The notes beneath the pieces are model-generated. The model was given only the letters and a program-made list of their open reading frames with translations. It had not been told where the DNA came from and made no database searches. Positions 4,800 to 7,115 of a stretch of DNA of 7,115 nucleotides are shown piece by piece. The DNA comes from a virus (lineage: Duplodnaviria; Heunggongvirae; Uroviricota; Caudoviricetes), in IMG/VR virus record IMGVR_UViG_2695420412_000015; one strand, written 5' to 3'. Position numbers and translations under genes: made by a program. Within the stretch, counting starts at the first letter, position 1, and the number at the start of each line of letters is the position of its first letter.

Positions 4800-4911
4800 G
4801 ATCCATGTCCGGTTTCTCTTCAAGTTAACTATATGAAAAATATAAAAACAGGTCTTCTGTGAACCGGACATGAACAAAAAACAGACATGTAAACCGGACA
4901 TGACCGGTTTT
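4800..4911. promoter_or_regulatory. cosB: cosB-like region: three copies of an AACCGGACATG element (one inverted, two direct) flanking an AT-rich putative IHF site
   Basis: CATGTCCGGTTT at 4804..4815 is the inverted copy. An AT-rich stretch follows (4816..4860, ...AAGTTAACTATATGAAAAATATAAAAACAGG...). Direct copies are AACCGGACATGA at 4862..4873 and AAACCGGACATGA at 4891..4903, followed by the palindromic arm ACCGGTTT. The order and position between cosN and the Nu1 start parallel lambda R3-I1-R2-R1, but the element sequence differs from lambda R sites. Confidence 0.55.
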
Positions 4912-4949
4912 GTTGTGATTGTGAGGTGAGAGTTTTTGCGAGGTGAGGA

Positions 4950-5459
4950 GTGGCTACGCAGACTGAAGTTGCCAGGCATTTAAGTCTGACCGATCGCCAG
5001 CTTCGCAGATTGCAGAAATTGCCGGGTGCCCCGATATCGAATAAGCGAGGGCAACTGGATCTGGATGCCTGGCGCGATTTTTACATATCGTATCTGAGGA
5101 GAAGTAAAAACGATGTGCCTGATGGCGATAGCGAAGACGACTATGAGGAGAAATTGCTTATTGCCAGATGGGAACTGACAGCAGAACAGGCTGTTACACA
5201 GCAGTTAAAAAATGAGGTGTCAAAAGGAAAACTTATTGACACCGGGTTCTGTATTTTTGCCCTCAGTAAGCTGGCAATGGCGTTATCCAGTACGCTTGAT
5301 TCCATCCCTTTATCCATGCAGCGACAGTTTCCTGATTTAACACCGCGCCATCTTGACCATCTGAAAACCCTTATTGCGAAGGGGGCAAATCAGTGTGCGC
5401 GGGCAGGGGATAAATTACCGGATTTACTCGATGAATATATCAGAGCAACAACTGAATAA
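4950..5459 (+). CDS. nu1: Terminase small subunit (lambda Nu1 / E. coli NohA/NohD family)
   Basis: GTG start at 4950 after AGGTGAGGA. The C-terminal half (..TGFCIFALSKLAMALSSTLDSIPLSMQRQFPDLTPRHLDHLKTLIAKG...LPDLLDEYI) is co-linear with lambda Nu1 (..TAFCTFVLSRIAGEIASILDGLPLSVQRRFPELENRHVDFLKRDIIKA...IPGLLSEYI). The N-terminal HTH-like region (EVARHLSLTDRQLRRLQKLPGAP) is diverged. Stop TAA at 5457..5459. Confidence 0.9.
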   Translation: MATQTEVARHLSLTDRQLRRLQKLPGAPISNKRGQLDLDAWRDFYISYLRRSKNDVPDGDSEDDYEEKLLIARWELTAEQAVTQQLKNEVSKGKLIDTGFCIFALSKLAMALSSTLDSIPLSMQRQFPDLTPRHLDHLKTLIAKGANQCARAGDKLPDLLDEYIRATTE

Positions 5460-7115
5460 TATGATGGCTGCCGTTTCGGTTGCGCTGCAGCCTCTGGTCA
5501 GGGTTGTACCAATGACGGCAGTTGAATGGGCTGATCAAAATTATTATCTGCCTAAAGAATCTTCATATGGTGAGGGAGAATGGAAAACGCTGCCATTCCA
5601 GATCGCCATTATGAACTGTATGGGTAACGACCAGGTTCGCACGGTTAACCTGATTAAATCTGCCCGTGTTGGCTATACAAAGATGTTGCTGGGGGTGGTC
5701 GGGTATTTTATTGAGCATAAATCCCGAAACAGTCTGCTTTTTCAGCCCACGGATTCTGCCGCTGAAGATTTTATGAAGTCTCACGTGGAGGCGACGATTC
5801 GGAACGTGCCATGCCTGAAAGACCTTTCCCCATGGCTGGGTCGTAAACATCGTGACAATACTCTCACGCTGAAACGCTTTTCATCGGGCGTCGGTTTCTG
5901 GTGCCTGGGCGGCGCTGCCGCCAAAAACTACCGTGAAAAATCCGTGGACGTGGTCTGCTATGACGAACTTTCCTCGTTCGAGCCGGATGTCGAAAAAGAG
6001 GGGTCGCCAACCCTGCTGGGGGATAAACGTATCGAGGGCTCTGTATGGCCAAAATCCATTCGCGGCTCGACGCCTAAAATCAAAGGCTCCTGCCAGATCG
6101 AAAAAGCCGCTAACGAGTCGGCACATTTCATGCGTTTTTATGTGCCCTGTCCGCACTGTGGGGAGGAGCAGTATCTGAAATTTGGCGATGATGCCTCGCC
6201 TTTCGGTCTTAAGTGGGAGAAGAATAAGCCAGAAAGTGTTTTCTACCTTTGTGAGCATCATGGCTGTGTGATCCATCAGTCTGAGCTTGACCAGAGTAAC
6301 GGGTGGTGGATCTGTGAAAACACGGGCATGTGGACCCGTGACGGCCTGATGTTTTTCAGCGCCCGGGGGGATGAAATTCCGCCGCCGCGCTCCATCACTT
6401 TCCATATCTGGACGGCGTACAGTCCGTTCACCACCTGGGTACAGATTGTCTATGACTGGCTGGATGCACTGAAAGATCCCAACGGTCTGAAAACTTTTGT
6501 TAACACCACGCTGGGCGAGACCTGGGAAGAGGCCGTGGGCGAAAAACTCGATCACCAGGTACTGATGGATAAGGTCGTGCATTACACGGCGGCGGTGCCA
6601 GCCCGGGTGGTTTATCTGACGGCGGGCATTGACTCGCAGCGAAACCGTTTTGAGATGTATGTCTGGGGATGGGCTCCGGGAGAGGAAGCCTTTCTGGTGG
6701 ATAAAATCATCATTATGGGGCGTCCCGATGAGGAAGAGACGCTGTTACGTGTGGATGTGGCGATCAACAAAAAATACCGCCATGCAGACGGAACCGAAAT
6801 GACCATTTCCCGTGTCTGCTGGGACATCGGGGGGATCGATGGCGAAATCGTTTATCAGAGGTCAAAAAAACACGGTGTTTTCCGGGTGCTGCCGGTAAAA
6901 GGCGCATCTGTCTATGGCAAGCCGGTGATCACCATGCCAAAAACCCGCAATCAGCGGGGCGTGTATCTGTGTGAAGTGGGGACAGACACCGCAAAAGAAA
7001 TTCTCTATGCCCGTATGAAAGCCGAGCCCACGCCTGCGGATGAAGCCACGTCGTATGCCATCCGTTTTCCTGATGATCCGGAGATTTTTTCGCAGACAGA
7101 GGCGCAGCAACTGGT
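5431..7115 (+). CDS. A: Terminase large subunit (lambda gpA family), 3'-partial at window edge
   Basis: Not in the supplied track because it has no stop inside the window. ATG 5431 overlaps the Nu1 3' end in the +1 frame, as in lambda. My translation MNISEQQLNNMMAAVSVALQPL...AVEWADQNYYLPKESSYGEGEWKTLPFQIAIMN...FWCLGGAAAKNYREKSVDVVCYDELSSF...GSVWPKSIRGSTPK...CPHCGEEQYLKFGD...FHIWTAYSPFTTWVQIV...FVNTTLGETWEE...YLTAGIDSQ... is co-linear with lambda gpA over the whole ~560 codons. The minus-strand ORFs at 5563..7110 are antisense shadows. Confidence 0.95.
   Translation, partial: MNISEQQLNNMMAAVSVALQPLVRVVPMTAVEWADQNYYLPKESSYGEGEWKTLPFQIAIMNCMGNDQVRTVNLIKSARVGYTKMLLGVVGYFIEHKSRNSLLFQPTDSAAEDFMKSHVEATIRNVPCLKDLSPWLGRKHRDNTLTLKRFSSGVGFWCLGGAAAKNYREKSVDVVCYDELSSFEPDVEKEGSPTLLGDKRIEGSVWPKSIRGSTPKIKGSCQIEKAANESAHFMRFYVPCPHCGEEQYLKFGDDASPFGLKWEKNKPESVFYLCEHHGCVIHQSELDQSNGWWICENTGMWTRDGLMFFSARGDEIPPPRSITFHIWTAYSPFTTWVQIVYDWLDALKDPNGLKTFVNTTLGETWEEAVGEKLDHQVLMDKVVHYTAAVPARVVYLTAGIDSQRNRFEMYVWGWAPGEEAFLVDKIIIMGRPDEEETLLRVDVAINKKYRHADGTEMTISRVCWDIGGIDGEIVYQRSKKHGVFRVLPVKGASVYGKPVITMPKTRNQRGVYLCEVGTDTAKEILYARMKAEPTPADEATSYAIRFPDDPEIFSQTEAQQL

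Noticed and set aside
4779-4979. Minus-strand 66-aa ORF across the cosB repeats
   Set aside because: It spans the cosB-like elements and runs into the Nu1 start region; the sequence there is better explained as packaging-site DNA.
5563-7110. Minus-strand ORFs 5563..5850, 5864..6052, 5881..6582, 6612..6827, 6862..7110 and plus-strand ORF 5933..6178
   Set aside because: All lie inside the terminase large-subunit gene, whose + strand translation is co-linear with lambda gpA throughout; these are antisense or off-frame shadows.
1-7115. Search for Shiga toxin genes, tRNA genes, CRISPR repeats or integrase/att sites
   Set aside because: I found none. The window covers only the lysis, cos and terminase segment; no cloverleaf-like tRNA sequences or short regularly spaced repeats were seen by eye. 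A tRNAscan or CRISPR finder run would confirm.

Overview
This window is the right end of the late operon of a lambdoid (lambda/21-like) prophage from an enterobacterium, read left to right on the + strand. It contains the 3' end of a pinholin gene, a lysis cassette (SAR endolysin, Rz/Rz1 spanins), a ~1 kb AT-rich low-coding interval, a cos site whose cosN core matches phage lambda as I recall it, and the terminase small and large subunit genes, the latter running off the right edge. Two things are unusual. First, the block [small DUF1327-like gene - SAR endolysin - terminator hairpin - small transmembrane ORF] is present as two diverged tandem copies (about 172..2046 and 2047..3258), so the cassette encodes two intact endolysin paralogues. 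Second, copy A carries a ~0.65 kb in-frame insertion (521..~1165) that starts with its own ATG and turns the 110-aa gene into a 329-aa ORF with a cysteine-rich C-terminal domain I cannot assign to any family; this is my best candidate for an undescribed function. Secondary candidates are a ribbon-helix-helix-like ORF on the minus strand and a 49-aa hydrophobic peptide ORF in the AT-rich interval. All family assignments are from reading the translations against remembered sequences; no database search was run. Most minus-strand ORFs in the supplied track are antisense shadows of these genes.
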